Part shown: piece by piece, positions 14,391-28,989 of the stretch
How the letters are laid out: each line of letters opens with the position of its first letter
Numbering within the stretch: the first letter of the stretch is position 1
NCBI GenBank assembly: GCA_951406725.2
Contig: CATOCA020000008.1
Span: 62,001 to 126,000, forward strand
Direction of reading: 5' to 3'
DNA length: 64,000 nucleotides
DNA from: Octopus vulgaris
Taxonomy: Eukaryota
Notes under the pieces: generated by a model
Told to the model about the DNA's origin: nothing
What the model saw: the letters and a program-made list of their open reading frames with translations, nothing else
The model's database searches: none
Translations under genes and position numbers: made by a program

Positions 14391-14824
14391 CGCCAAGTAA
14401 CTTGCAAGACAAAGATTCTTTGAGAGGGCAGGAGATATTGGAGGAGGGGATCTTGTGTCAGATGATGAAAGGTTAGAGGGACAGAAACAGGTGTCATGCT
14501 GTAGGGGAAGTACACGGTTACCCGGCCAAAGAGAGAGATAGAGAGAACGAAAGAGGGGAGGGGAGAGGAGAGAGAGAAAGGGAGAGAAAGAGAGGAGTGA
14601 GAGAGAGAAGGGGAGCGAGAGAGAGAGAGAACAACGAGGACAGATACAGGTGTGCTGCTATAAAGCGATACATAATTACCCAACCTGAGCAAGGAGCAGA
14701 AGGAGAGAGAGAGAGTGGGGGAAGTAGGAGTGCAAGAGAGAGCAGGAGAGAAATGGTGGTATAATGCCAGGTATATTTACAAGGGATGGAGATGAGAATA
14801 TAAATGGGATGGTCGAGTAAAAGA

Positions 14825-14880
<56 letters not shown>

Positions 14881-15129
14881 TGGCAAGTAGCCTCCTTGGT
14901 GTACGGTGATCCTAATATAACTGGTAGGGTATTGCCAGAGAAGCGCGAGTAGAGAGTGGTGGAGAGGATAGCAATGATGTACTGAACAGGGCCTTGAGGA
15001 CAGGAATGGGGACTGAGAGATAAGCATTGTGCATGAAGAAAGAGATGTGAGGAAGAAAAGAGATGTAGTTTAGTTTGTCGAGGGTAGGGTGTGTGAGAAG
15101 TTTACGCGGGTGGAAAACACAGTACTTCT

Positions 15130-15450
15130 AAAACTCAATTCCGCTGACGTGGGCGGAAGTCTTGTCAAGAACTTCTTATCACCAGACACCTCGATCCATT
15201 GTGACTTCTTCCGTGAGGCCCAACATCCTGATATCGGTCCTTACTACTTCATCTCATTTCTTCCTGGGTCCCTCTTCAGTCATTGGCACTTCTTTATACA
15301 ACTGTCCTCATTCATACACATCACATGTCCAAACCAACGTAGTCTTCCCTCTCGCATGCTACATTTCATTCCTCTTATGCCCAACTTTTCTCTCAATACA
15401 TTTGCACTTTGTCGTACATGCACACTGATGTTGCACATTCAACGGAGGCA
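15130..15450 (-). mobile_element. RTE-clade LINE 3' remnant
   Basis: Minus-strand translation MCNISVHVRQSANVLREKLGIRG...RLRWFGHV. Confidence 0.75.
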
Positions 15451-15470
15451 TGCACGCACACACGCACGCG

Positions 15471-15542
<72 letters not shown>

Positions 15543-17306
15543 TCTTATGAAAATGATGGACAAGGATTATGAACTGCCTGAACAATCACCTGAAAAATAG
15601 TGAAAACTCTTGCCTGGAGAGAGCGCTGTGGGAGATTGAGAAAAGTCTGCATCAATCTTACGAAAAAAAGAGAGCAGATAAAGAAGCCTGAATTATAGAA
15701 AATGTTAAGTCAAAGCCCAAAGAAACAGCCTCAGTCCGCTACAAGATACGGCCCGGCCCCTTTTCCAAAAAGATGGCTCCCTCACAAGAAACCCAGTAAG
15801 TGAAAGACTGAACGAACAGTTCCAAAGTGTGTTCACTATTCCTCTGGCATACAGGTAAATGAACAAACCAGCAGAAGTTTTGTCACTTTACCTGTGACCA
15901 AAGAGGCGAAAATTGATTACATCGGGATTAAAGAAGAAAATGTAACACTGACCATAAATGAGATTGATACAAACTCAGCTGCTGTAAAATCACTGCAGAT
16001 TCTCTTTCAGAGCTTTCTTGCAAGTGGTCAGCTCCCAGACAAACCGAAGGAAGGGATAATATACCCTATCCATAAAGGTGGAGGTAGAGCAGATGCTAAA
16101 AAGTACAGGCTTATTTCTCTGACTTCACACATCAGCAGAGTCATCGAACTAATAGTCGGAAAACTTGGAGAGTGGATACACGACTTTCTAAAAGATAGAC
16201 GTCAGGTAGTGGTGACCAATGGAGCCACTACAAAGGAAGCACAAATAGCAAGCGGTGTTCCACAGGGAACTGTTTTAGGGCCGCTACTATTTATTGTGGC
16301 TCTCTCAGACATGCCTTCAGCTGCTCAGATAGCTACGCAGATGACATAAAAGTCTCTCAAACAATTCGGAACACTGGAAATATTGCGCATGTACAAGGGA
16401 ACGCAAGATACAGGTAAGCTGAGGACAACAACATTCAGTTTAATGCAGGGAAATTCCAAGCGTTGCGCTGCCAGCACGCAAAGTTGAACGACATGCAGAC
16501 AGGAGACTCTGTCCAGGGAGGAATTGTAACCCCCGATTCAAAATCAGTGCGTGACGTGAGCATTGACATGAACAAGGCATCATTCCAGGTGCAGATTATT
16601 AATTTTGCTATAAAATACAGATGGCTAGCTAAATGGATCCTCCGAACATTCAGAACGAGAGGAAAGGAAACTATGATGATCCTATGGAGGACGCATGTCA
16701 TCAGCCGCTTGGACTACTGCTCCCAACTATGGTCACCGCACAATAAAAAATCCACAGCGGAACTCGAAGCAATCCAACGAAGCTACACTAAGAAAATCGT
16801 CTCAATGCGACGTATCAGCTCCTGGGAAAGGCTGAAAGAGTTAAGACTCTTTCCCTGGAATGAAGGCGGGAGAGATATGCAGTTGGAAGATCCTGGAAGG
16901 CCTTGTACCAAACGTTGGCATTGAAAGTTACACAAATAGCAGAACGGGGTGCCACTGCAGAGTGCTAAAGATCCTAGCATCGCCATCAAAATACAGGACC
17001 AGATATTGTAACAGCTTCGGTTTCAAGGACCCAAAGCTCTTCAATATCCTTCCAAAATTCCCGAGAAACTTGCACAGTATGGATGTAGGTACCTTCAAAA
17101 CAAAACTGGATCTCTTCCTGTTACGGGTTCCAGACGAACCTACCCCACGACAGGAAACACAGATGAGGGCAGCAGCATCAAACTCTCTCATTCCCAGAAT
17201 GCCACATGTCAGAAGAGGTTTCAAATACTGAAGGAGTAGCACAGTTAACAGTGGTGCTCCAGCATGACAACAACTTTACACCTGAAACAAGCTAAAGAGT
17301 TAGAGT
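15543..17306 (+). mobile_element. CR1-group LINE, degenerate
   Basis: SGVPQGTVLGPLLF, RLDYCSQLWSP, PDEPT..MRAAASNSL; many indels; 3' UTR GTGGTGCTCCAGCATG. Confidence 0.88.
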
Positions 17307-17329
17307 TTATCCATACAGACAGACATCCC

Positions 17330-17366
<37 letters not shown>

Positions 17367-17370
<4 letters not shown>

Positions 17371-20120
17371 CCTTAAATCTTTAAAAATGTTTTAGCCCGA
17401 AGGCCGCGGCCATGCTGGGTCACCACCGCTGAGTGAGTTACACTAATATGTGAATCCACCTCTGATACGTGGCACTTGATCAACAAGGGAGCTCGATGCT
17501 GCTGCCCGCATCTGCGTCACCTGTCGTGAGGTAGGTTCATCTGGAACTCCCGACAAGAAGAGATTCAGTTTAGTTTTAAAGAAACCCACATCCACACCAT
17601 GTAAGTCTCTTAGGCATTTAGGGAGGATGTTAAAGAGCTGTGGTCCTCTGAAACCCAAGCTGTTGTAGTATCTGGTCCTGTATTTTGATGGTGATTTTGG
17701 AATCTTTGGCACCATGCAGTGGCGCCCCGTTCTGCGGTTGGGGTAACTTTGAATGCCAAAGTTTGGGACAAGACCCTCCAGGATTTTCCAGATGTATATC
17801 ACCGCATATCTCTCCCGCCTCAGCTCTAGGGAGAAGAGGTTTAATACTTTCAGTCTTTCCCAGTAGCTGATATTTTGCATTGAGACGATCTTCTTTGTGT
17901 AGCTTCTTTGAATTGCTTCGAGTTCTGCTGTTAGTTTTATATTGTGTGGTGACCATAGTTGGGAGCAGTAGTCCAAGCGACTCTGCCTGTGCCTGCTGAT
18001 GGTGTGTCATCCCTGGGAGCATTGCCCTCCAGGCCATTCCACATTGGGGAAGTTAAAGACACCCATGAAGAATACACTGCCGTGTTGTTCAAGGTTGGTG
18101 AGGACTTCTTCTATTTTTGTTAGGCAGTCTTCAAACACGCCTGGGTGATTTGGGGCATCTGGTGGGCGATATGTAGTGCATATGACGATATTCAGTTGTC
18201 TTATGTGTACAATTTGAGTGTCACACACTGAATTTGAGTATGACAACAGGACTTGGGGCGTGAGGTCATCTCGGATGTACATTGCAACTCAAACATGGCT
18301 CCTCCACTTTCTATCTGAGCGTATGACTGCATATTGCGGTATGTGTATTTCTGCATCCCCTATATCGGGTCCAAGATGCGTTTCTGTGAGTGCCATGCAT
18401 ATAGCTTGATTGCATGTCACAAGGTCTCTCAGGAATGAGATTTTCCTTTTACAGTTGCCGCGCAGCAGCCCTCCTACGTTCAGTAGAAATATTTTTGAGG
18501 TATGTGTGTTGGTGTTGGTGTCAGTGGAGGCCATCCTGCATCTGTTGGTGTCAGTGGAGGCCATCCTGCCTTATGTGGTGGTAGTTCCAGCTTTGTGTTT
18601 GTAGCCAGGTCAGCTGCTGAACAATTTTTTGTGCCACGCACAAAAAAGATTGCTATTCAGCTGCTGCCCTTCTCACATCTGGATGAAGCTGGCCATTTCT
18701 TGGGCTACCGCGCACTACATCCGCATATCGTCTTTCAGGAGTGGTCAGTGCGCCCTTTTTCCTTCTTTTATATTTTTCTTTATCTTTTTGTTCTCCCCGA
18801 GGGAGGGATTTTTGTCTTGTGTCCATGCAGTTTTGGTAGGGCTTCTGATGTGTAAAGCGACAGTTCGCACCTTCGACGCCGTACCAGCAGTCCCCCTTCA
18901 GGTAGAATTTGCAGATGTTTCTGCCTTTTCCCTTATAGTTCTTGCTGGGGTTCTTTTGTTTTTTGTGAACAGGGTTTGTTTTAGCTTTAATTTTCTTGTC
19001 TTTTACCTCCTGTTTCCCATCAGTTTTAGGGTGTTTTTCTTTTTTTGCGGTCATCGCACCTCTTTGGTCTCCAGTTGTGTCATTGTTTCCCTTTGTTCTA
19101 GGTTCCTCGGTTTTGTCTTTTGTTGGGTCCTGGATGTTTTCTTTATCCTTTTGGCCTTCACTGATGCAGTCACCTCCTAGGATGATGTCCAGAGTGTCTA
19201 CGTGTCGCCTGATTAGAGCGTATGACCGGAGAAATTCTCGTTTTTTTCGCTGTATCTGGGCGGTGGTCCTTGAAAAATTATTGCTCTTCAACGCCGCTGC
19301 AATGATATTGTTCGGTGAGTCGCCCTCTGCAATCTTCCAGGCGCGGATGAACAGTTGCAACTCTCTCGCAGACAAGTTTCTTGACATTTTCGCCCGAGAT
19401 ACAGTGAGAGTGAAATTTACGAACAGAGAGAGAGAGAGGAAAGATAGGATGGTTGACCTGAGAGGGAGAGGAGAAAGGAGAAAAGCCAGGGGGGATAGAG
19501 AGAGAGAGAGAGATGAGGGGGTTGTCCTGAGAGAAGAGAGAAAGAAAGAATGAATGGCAGGTCAGCAGAGGGAGAGTGAGCGGGATAGGGGTATAGTAAA
19601 GAGAAAGTAAAGGGACAGGGAGGAAAAGAGAGACAAGAGGATGGACCTTAGGGGGAGCAGGGAGAAGAAGGGGAGAGGAAAAAATGGAGAGGGAGAGAGA
19701 GGGCGGGATAGAGGTACCCGAGAGTGAAGTAAAGGGACAGCGAGGGTGGTGTGGGGGAAGGAGACAGAGAGAGGAAAAAGAGACAAGGGGTGAACCTTAG
19801 AGGGAGCAGGGAGAGGAAAAGTAGGAAGAAAAAGGGGAGAGGGAAAGAGGGGGCGCGACAGAGGTGCAAGAGAGTGTAGTAAAGGGACAGGGAGGGTGGT
19901 GTATAGAAAGAAATAAGGGGACAGGAGAAGAGGGAAAGGGGTTTGACTTGTGAAGGAGCGGAGAGAAGAGAGGCAGAGAGAGGGAGGAAGAGTAACAGAG
20001 AAAGAGAAAAAGAGAGAGGGCGGGATATAGATACAAGAGAGAAAGAGTGAAGTAGAGGAACTGAGAGGGGGTGAGATGTGAGAAAGTTGATCTGAGAGAG
20101 AGTTGCAGAAAGAGAAAAGA
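17367..20120 (-). mobile_element. CR1-group LINE with 5' region and ORF1; RT removed by internal deletion
   Basis: 3' end nearly identical to the 2583-5325 copy; APE region (17980-18500) is joined directly to LDYCSQLWSP at ~17980; pyrimidine-rich repeated leader at 19420-20120 (5' boundary uncertain). Confidence 0.85.
18653..19387 (-). CDS. Putative LINE ORF1 with CCCH-like zinc finger
   Basis: 244-aa ORF upstream of the APE region; Lys-rich; CKFYLKGDCWYGVEGANCRFTH; RYADVVR motif. Confidence 0.65.
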   Translation of the reverse strand: MSRNLSARELQLFIRAWKIAEGDSPNNIIAAALKSNNFSRTTAQIQRKKREFLRSYALIRRHVDTLDIILGGDCISEGQKDKENIQDPTKDKTEEPRTKGNNDTTGDQRGAMTAKKEKHPKTDGKQEVKDKKIKAKTNPVHKKQKNPSKNYKGKGRNICKFYLKGDCWYGVEGANCRFTHQKPYQNCMDTRQKSLPRGEQKDKEKYKRRKKGALTTPERRYADVVRGSPRNGQLHPDVRRAAAE

Positions 20121-20121
20121 T

Positions 20122-20179
<58 letters not shown>

Positions 20180-20923
20180 ACCACGGACGAATCAATATAC
20201 AAGTCTATAAACAAACAAGTGTTAAAGATGAAATTGGGTGTATTTTTTATATCTTTTATATCTATAATCGCGATTATATCTATGTATTATCAGGCGATCT
20301 TAGAACCGATCGTCGATTATTAATAATAATAAATAATGTTTTTGATTGTTTTTTGTTTCTGTTTTTTTTTTTCTATCTTCTGGTTGAGAGAAACACTAAT
20401 AATAAATATTCTTCTTACCTTTCACTCCGTTTTATAAGAAAGAAAGATAAAATGACAGACCTTCGAATTTTCTGTATTCTTTATTTGTATTTTGTAAACA
20501 AAAGAAAAGAATAGAGTTCTTCGATGTATTTTGTAAACAAAAGAAAAGAATAGAATTCCGATGTTCGTATATGCAAAAAGTTTCAATATTTTCTTAAGCA
20601 ATTTGGTATTAGGCAGCAAATTTTCAAATCATGCAGATACACGACACCAAAAGCGAAAATATACTTCTCAAAAATACAGTGTCTTGTCGTTGCTTCACAG
20701 ACAAAAATTCACTTAGACTTCAGGAAGTAACACACGTGGTTTCAACACATGTGCTCGCTAGGTATGTATGTACGCGAGGTATGTTCTAGTCGCAAATACT
20801 ATATCAAAAGCGAAAATATTCTTCTCAAATACAGTGTCTTGTCGTACTTTCACTTATTTTTGCTTTACAGACAAATTTCAACACACGTCTTGTTACTTCG
20901 GCGCCATCTTGTAACATTATATA

Positions 20924-20983
<60 letters not shown>

Positions 20984-20984
20984 A

Positions 20985-21099
20985 TAGTGTTTTTCAGATG
21001 GCCAGATAATCGAAGAGATGGTGTTGTGGATTTCCACTTCGGCATCTGAAACTCAGAGTTTTATCTTGACTATTGAGTAATTGTAACATATTATTTTAC

Positions 21100-21103
<4 letters not shown>
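20985..21103 (+). repeat. Single arm of the 36879-37101 palindromic element
   Basis: GATAA-TCGAAGA-GATGG...CATCT-GAAACTCAGAGTT-TTATC matches the right arm at 36975-37100. Confidence 0.7.
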
Positions 21104-21169
<66 letters not shown>

Positions 21170-21412
21170 ATGCATAAACACTTACCTACCTACCTACCTA
21201 CCTACCTACCTACCTACCTACCTACCTACCTGCCTATCTATCTATCTATCTATCTATCTAATATAATGCTTACACGGGTTATTCACTGCAATCAGTTTTA
21301 AAGATGAGAACGTCTTTGGACCAGAAACACCGTCAACAATCTCGCCATCACCCCCACCTTGATATTCTCCTGTGGCATCAGTACCACCATTACCACTACC
21401 ATTACCACTACC

Positions 21413-21444
<32 letters not shown>

Positions 21445-21764
21445 CAACAACACTATCATCACTACTGTCACCACAATCGCCACCACCACCGTACCCTATT
21501 ACCCGCCGGCACTATTATTAACTTCTGTAATCAATAACAGATCATGCCAAACAAAACTAATTAGATGAACTCAGTGATCCATCATCGATAGTCAGAAATC
21601 TATCAAGTTGCTTTGTGTATCTCATTTCTTTATGATTGATTCTTAAGACATCTACTTTACGCTTCTGAGCTGCCCCTCTTTCTCTCTCCTACTCTCTCAC
21701 TCTCTCTCTAGCTGTCTGTCTATCTGTCTACCCTCTCTCTATTCATTTATCTCTTTATCTAATC

Positions 21765-21837
<73 letters not shown>

Positions 21838-21838
21838 C

Positions 21839-21934
<96 letters not shown>

Positions 21935-21952
21935 ATCTATCTAACTAACTAA

Positions 21953-22003
<51 letters not shown>

Positions 22004-22064
22004 CTTCTCTCTCTCTTTCTCGCTCTCTCTCTCTCTTTCTCTCTCTTTCTCGCTCTCTCTCTTT

Positions 22065-22108
<44 letters not shown>

Positions 22109-22199
22109 ACTCTCTCTCACTCTCTCTCCCCCTCTCTTAACGTCAACAGGAAAACTGAAGTCCCCAAGGCCAAGAATGGCGATCAATATAGTAAAAATC

Positions 22200-22850
22200 T
22201 AGAATGTGTGGAATTTGGGATGGACCAGTGCCACACATTGTTGCAGGATGCCCCAAGTTAGCTCAGTGAGAATATAGGAAATGGTGGCATGATCAAGTTG
22301 TGAAAGTTTTGCACTGGAAGCCTTGTCAGAAATGGAGAATTGAAGCTGGAAGTACTTGGTATAATCATCGGGTTGAGAGGGTGCTTGGGTCGAAGAAATG
22401 TAAAATTTTATGGTATTTTTCTATTCAAACGGACCAGAAGCTAAAAGAAACAATAAACCAGACATAACAATAATAGAAAAGGTGAAGTTGCTTACTGTTT
22501 GATCCATCGTGTCCGTTTGATCCCATGATTGCAAAGAAAGAAAATGAGAAACTAAAAAAACACATTTAAATTTTGAAATTGCAAAAATTTGGAATATGAA
22601 AATTGTAAAGGTTGTACCTTTAATAATTGGTGCAGTGGTAACTGTAAGTAAAGATATAGACAAATAGTTGAAGGAAATCGGAATAGAATCTCCTGTAGAG
22701 CTTCTACAGTGAGTTTGCTTCTTAGGGACACGAAAAATTATCAGGAAGGTTTTGAGCACTTGAAAAACTACTGAAAACTTATGGATATCTAAGGTTACAA
22801 ATAGTTACCCGCAACCCACATAAATTCACACATCTGAGACGAGTTGAATA
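22200..22850 (+). mobile_element. RLE-type (R4/Dong-like) non-LTR 3' remnant
   Basis: Degenerate KPDITIIEK and VVPLIIGAVGTVSK motifs typical of the restriction-like endonuclease C-terminus. Confidence 0.55.
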
Positions 22851-23001
22851 ATAACATTGTGTGTGTATATTTATACCGACAGGCATACACATACACACAT
22901 AAACACACATATATATGTAATGGGTGTGCGTGTGTGTGTGTGTGTGTGTGTGCGTGTGTGTGTATGTGTGTGTGTGTGTATGTGTGTGTGTGTGTGTGTG
23001 C

Positions 23002-23054
<53 letters not shown>

Positions 23055-23625
23055 TAATGCTGTTACATTCGCCAGGATTAATTCAGCTGATGAAATTCTG
23101 CGCGATTTCTGTAGGAAATAGTTTAATGAAAAGTTATGTTGCATTTCATTTCTGAATATATTGTTATTTGAGTGGGTCTGAATAGATACACACATATACA
23201 GGTTTACATTTACATTCCATGTACGCATCCACACACACACGCACACACACACACACACACACAAACATATAGACACACACTTCCACACACACACACGCAC
23301 ATACACACATATATACATACATACATACATACACACACATACACACACATACAGGCACATATATATAATAGAAATATTTATATTTCCAATTCTCTCTAAA
23401 GGAGACTACGGCAGCGGTACTGGATATTAATAGTTATCGCCAAGCTAATATGGCAGTCCAGAAAAATAGGACGAATGCGGCCGTTCATTAGCTCCAAGAG
23501 GCATGTATGTATAGGCAGGCACACACCTACCCACACATGCACAAACACAGACTCATACATTCACACACGCACGCACACACGCACAAACACGCACGCGCAC
23601 AAACATACACACACCTCTCACATAT

Positions 23626-23845
23626 ACGAAGGGGTGCTGAAAAGCTCCTGGCTTTGAGTAAAAGAAAATACTGGAGAATCTGTTAATTATGATTTTATTC
23701 AACATATTCCTTTCTCAGATTCACACACTTGTGGCAGTGGTCCTTCAGTTTTTCTAAGCCCTGTAAAAGAACTCGGAAGGTTGGGCCTCCAACTAGGCCT
23801 TTCGTGACACCTTGAAAGCCAGGAACTTTTCTGCACTCCCTCGTC
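23626..23845. mobile_element. Tc1/mariner-type MITE
   Basis: TIRs CGAAGGGGTGCTGAAAAGCTCCTGGCTTT / AAAGCCAGGAACTTTTCTGCACTCCCTCG; a partial copy lies at ~28535-28621. Confidence 0.75.
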
Positions 23846-24489
23846 TATGCACATGAAAACACATATAGATAGAAACCCCACCTTCATACACGCACATATT
23901 CACAAACATTCCCCGAGTTGATTCTGAAAAAAATAATTTCTTAAAAAATGTTCTTATTATTTGTATGAAACATTGAAGAGGTCGTGTTTTTAGACTATAA
24001 TTGACCAATTTTTCATTCCAGAATGAGCCTATCCTATCACAGACTCAACATACAAATTATATGCTAATAAGTGACAAATTAAATCATATATTCACACATA
24101 AATATTCAACAAACATTTAAATTAATAGTGGGTTGGGTTACACACACAAAAGAAAAAAATGAAAGAGACGAATATATTAATTTTATAAGCAACAAAAGTT
24201 TACTGTGAATATTGCGTTTTCTTTCTGACAGGTTGTGTGTATGTCTTATCGTTTGCTGGGTGAAATAATGTGACGCAGTCCCAATATACCCTCTTTCAAA
24301 GATCGGTAAAATAATAAACGCGGAGTACAGTCACACTGAAGATAAAAGAAAATGTTCAAGGATTAAGGGTACCAGGGCTCTTATACGTACAGACACACAA
24401 TCCCAATAATAATATAGTCTTCCTAAACCAAACAAAACGTTACGAGAATTGAGTCAGCCCAAAGAGCTTTCACTAAATAAAATTAAGGT

Positions 24490-24930
24490 GGTGTCAGATT
24501 TTGATTACTGGGAGCACCTTAAAACAAAGTCTTTATTTCCTCCTCCGCTCTACATCATGTGTACAATGTGGAGAATGTACCACCTGTATTACCCATAAGA
24601 CCTTAACAATAGATTCAGAACTCATTTAAGGCTGGGGTCATGTGCCATACATCCCCTATTCAATCCAGGCTCACAATACATATATTCACTGCCACACATT
24701 TTCTTTTCCTCACCCGGTCACAAGTCAAAGAAGAAAAAGATCCCCTCACTTTCAAACGAAACCGGGACAATTTTCTTCAAGGGATACCAGATAAGCCACC
24801 TATCCCTAGATACATCTCAATCAACAACTCCCTGGTTGAATGGGCCATGACACTACAAAACTTCGCTTAAAAATGATGGTGCTATTATGGCCTGCGCTAA
24901 TCTCTGACCGAAAAATATCTAAGTTCTCTA
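24490..24930 (+). mobile_element. CR1-group LINE 3' remnant
   Basis: DNFLQGIPDKPP...NNSLVEW terminus, like 31190-31519. Confidence 0.6.
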
Positions 24931-24949
24931 AGTCATGAACACACACACA

Positions 24950-24983
<34 letters not shown>

Positions 24984-25457
24984 TACACACGGACGCATAT
25001 AAGTATATATGTATGTGTATATATATATCTATGTACGCACACACGCTTGCGCAACATGAATTGAAAGAACGAGAAAATTCGTGTTTCAGATATTTCACTG
25101 CAATTGTTTCAGTAACCAATGATCAATAATTGATAATCGATTCAGATTAAATCAGCCACCAACAACATATTCAGATACGTATTTCAAAATCTAATCTGCA
25201 AATATGATTGGTGATTGATTTCATATGTATTAGTAATCGATTATCGATTATAGAAACGATTGTAGTAAAATATCTGTTATACCAACGATTTGATTTATTT
25301 CCTGATTGCTCTTTTACACATTTTGGTCCCTTAATCCATATTGATGCTCCAGTGGTAGCATTACACCCTTGTGCGAGTGGAATGTAGATATAATTCAACC
25401 TCCAGATTTCTACGGTAAATTGGTAAGCATTTAGCACATATACGTGTGTGTGTGTAC

Positions 25458-25524
<67 letters not shown>

Positions 25525-25529
<5 letters not shown>

Positions 25530-26906
25530 GAGTGTATTTTTACCTTGTTAACAATTAACACGGAAAAATAAATAAATAGTTACCAGGGCAGCAAAAATCT
25601 CACAAGTAAAGGTGTTGTAACTCCTTGTTTATAAAGGTATAAACTTCGTGTTTACGTTGAATATTTGAATAATATGAATAAAAAATGGAGTTAACGCAGG
25701 TGTAAACAAATATTTTTACTTTCGACACGTTTCGAAAATTCCACTGATACTATTCAAAAGAATAAATGGTATAAACAATGCAATCTTCTCTTCGGGAAAG
25801 TGAAAAAAACGAAACTCGTCAATACGACATTTTAGCAAAAAATGATGGATTTGTATAGCGATAGACAGAACGCTATTAATATTGTTTAAAAAAACCTTAT
25901 ATGATATAACGTCATAAGTAGCTAACAGAAAGAGTAGGGATATTAATAGTGAATGTTAAATATAAAGGAAATTAAAGTTTAAATTATATATAATGATAGA
26001 GACTACTTATATGCACTAAATGTATGTTTTTGCCAATGCTTACATCTTATATCTTCTCATAATAACAAACTGTTAAATATTAATACATTTACTAATACTA
26101 ACATTAATTTAGCTAATACCATCCAACCCTCTAGAAATATTAATAACAAGGTTATTGTATCTGAAGTCAATTCCAATAGAATTAAATTTATGTCAAGTAA
26201 CTCTAAGATTAAAAATTCTATATACCAGTGTATAATCAATACTCATATTAAAGTACGATTTTACATTGGAAGCACATCGTTAGAGTTATCTAAAAGAATT
26301 TCTATCCATTACTCAACATTTAGGGATAGAAATAAACGGAATAGTACCGGTCTCAGCAAACTGATTTGGGATTTAAAAGACCACAATGAACAATTTCATT
26401 TAGAATGGTTGATCCTCTCAATTTCGATACCATATGACAAAGGCAAGAAATTCTGTCTTCTCTGCAATTCTGAGCTATTCTTCATTATTTTTTCTAAAAA
26501 TACTCTAGTAAACACGGTTATAGAACGAGCATACAGATGTAAGCATTGGCAGAAACATACATTTAGTGCATATAAGTAGTCTCTATCATTATATATAATT
26601 TAAACTTTAATTTCCTTTATATTTAACATTCACTATTAATATCCCTACTCTTTCTGTTAGCTACTTATGACGTTATATCATATAAGGTTTTTTTTAAACA
26701 ATATTAATAGCGTTCTGTCTATCGCTATACAAATCCATCATTTTTTGCTAAAATGTCGTATTGACGAGTTTCGTTTTTTTCACTTTCCCGAAGAGAAGAT
26801 TGCATTGTTTATACCATTTATTCTTTTGAATAGTATCAGTGGAATTTTCGAAACATGTGCCGAAAGTAAAAATATTTGTTTACACCTGCGTTAACTCCAT
26901 TTTTTA

Positions 26907-26911
<5 letters not shown>
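25525..26911 (+). mobile_element. Second Naiad-like Penelope copy with inverted terminal repeat
   Basis: GIY-YIG ORF 26190-26579 differs from 9147-9536 at only a few residues; ~25675-26046 is the reverse complement of 26535-26911; both ends lie in (AT)n. Confidence 0.88.
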
Positions 26912-26957
<46 letters not shown>

Positions 26958-28989
26958 CATACATGTACACATGCGCGCGCACACACACACAACTTATACA
27001 AGTTAGGTTTGGATCATCATGTAACCAAGACCATGCATAATTTTATGTTTGGCAGACTGTAGGCGGTCATGTCACTTGCTAGAAATAGACACGAAATTTG
27101 CTTGAATTCACACCACCACCACTACCACCACATACACTGTAATCATTATCATCATCATCAACTAGTGAGTTTTAGCCATTAATGGCAGTTGGAATCTTGC
27201 ATTTGAAAGATTTTGACAGACAGCAACATATGGAACCCCACTCCTTTTTATTTGAGGGGGACAGGAGCAAGTGAAGACTATAAACAGCTGAATCTCTTGC
27301 TGGCACCAAGGCTCGAAGCTAAATTCCTTGATTTCTGAATCAACAAATCACAAAAAGAAAGGACGATTATGACACAAGTCGATAGAAAACGATGTTATCA
27401 ATGATCCAAGAAGCTCCTAAACAGTACACCAAACCAATTGAAGCGCCTAGATTTTGGACATTGAATGACCATTTCTATTGGTCTGCAATGACCGCTTGCC
27501 AGCAGACAGAATTAACCGATTGATTAGTGTCACTGGAAGATAAATGCATTGGTGACTCACTGACTGCGTGTTCTTATAGGCTTTCTGAAATTTTTAAGGA
27601 CAACTAACCTGGGAAACTCACAGGAGAATTTATACAATGAAGCACAAATTTTAGGTAATAAAATATGTTGGAAGCAAGAATCCACAGGAATGCAGGCCTG
27701 TCCAGTTTGTATTAAACCTATAAACTGTATATCACAGTATGAGAATAAATTCTATCAAAGTTGTAAACATATTCTTCTTTGGCTGAACGGGAGTCATTCA
27801 AGGGAAATTATCTGGAGTGTAAATAAACATCACAAATGTGATGCAGAATGGTTAAATGAGGTACGGAGTGAATAAGGGGTAAACAACTTAAAATCTCGGA
27901 AGAGTACCTCTTGTAATAGTTGTCTTAAAACTATTGGATGTGAGTGATTTGATGATAATCAGGCACTGGAAGCTACTGTTTTGTGTATAAGAACTCACGA
28001 ACTTGTTGAAGAAATAAAGGAAATTGAGTTTATTGCGACAGACAGGTTGGTAGTTAACATCCACCTTTTCTGGCTTGGAACCAGAAGATTCATATGGAGA
28101 AAAACTAAAGATCATAGCGGAAATCAATGACCTATTGCTTAGCAAACCAGAATAAAGAAGGGCCTCTGCGACTTGCCGAACAACTTCTGATCAACAAAAG
28201 TATCGTTAAGACAGCAAAGTTGTATGGCCGATGAAAATATGATGAAACTATAAGAAAGCGTTTCATGGATGTCTGAGGTTTTGACTGCTTTAGTTGATGC
28301 CTTTAAAAGACTCGTCTAACCTACTGCCACTAAGACTGCAATTTTGACAAAGAGAATCAGGTTATTCGAGGGTAACAGCTTGCTTGTTCAACCGTCCGTC
28401 CTGGTAATGAATCCTCCTTGGTTAGCTCTGGTGATAACTTGGAGAGAGGAGAGAGGCAGTAATCATATAAGTAGAAAGTTATGCACCCAACCTGCAGGTG
28501 AGAGGATCCCATATTGCATGAAAGAGCAACTTACCCTGTAAAAGAACTCGGAAAATTTGGCCTCCAACCAGGCCTTTCGCGATCCCCCTTAAAGCCAGAA
28601 ACTTTTCAGCAACCCTTCGTATGTTTTCTGTATTTTTAAAATAAGGTCGGGTCCCTTGGTAGACACATGTTTAGTTCTCGTTTCATGTAGTGTTGCAAGT
28701 GAAAAGATCGAATATGTGCCGGCGTGGCTGAGTGGTCAAGTCGTTTGCTTCATAAACATGTAGTTTTTGGTTGAATACTACAAACCAGCAATTTGGGTAG
28801 GGGTTTCCTATTAAGGCCCCTGGTCGATGAATATTTTGAGAATGATGATGGTAAATGGAAATCTGTCACGTGTATGTGCATGCGTGTGAGTGTCTTTGTG
28901 TTTATCTTTCACCGTTTGACGACCGATGTTGGTTTGTTTACCTTTCGGGAACTTAGTGACGTAGCAAAAAGTGTCTGATAAATGCATAT

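Noticed and set aside
20480-20880. Short direct repeats (~40 bp and ~55 bp) suggestive of an array
   Set aside because: Only two copies each, with no regular repeat-spacer structure; not CRISPR-like.
27170-28500. Possible degenerate non-LTR retrotransposon coding sequence
   Set aside because: No motif I can identify with confidence without a translated search.
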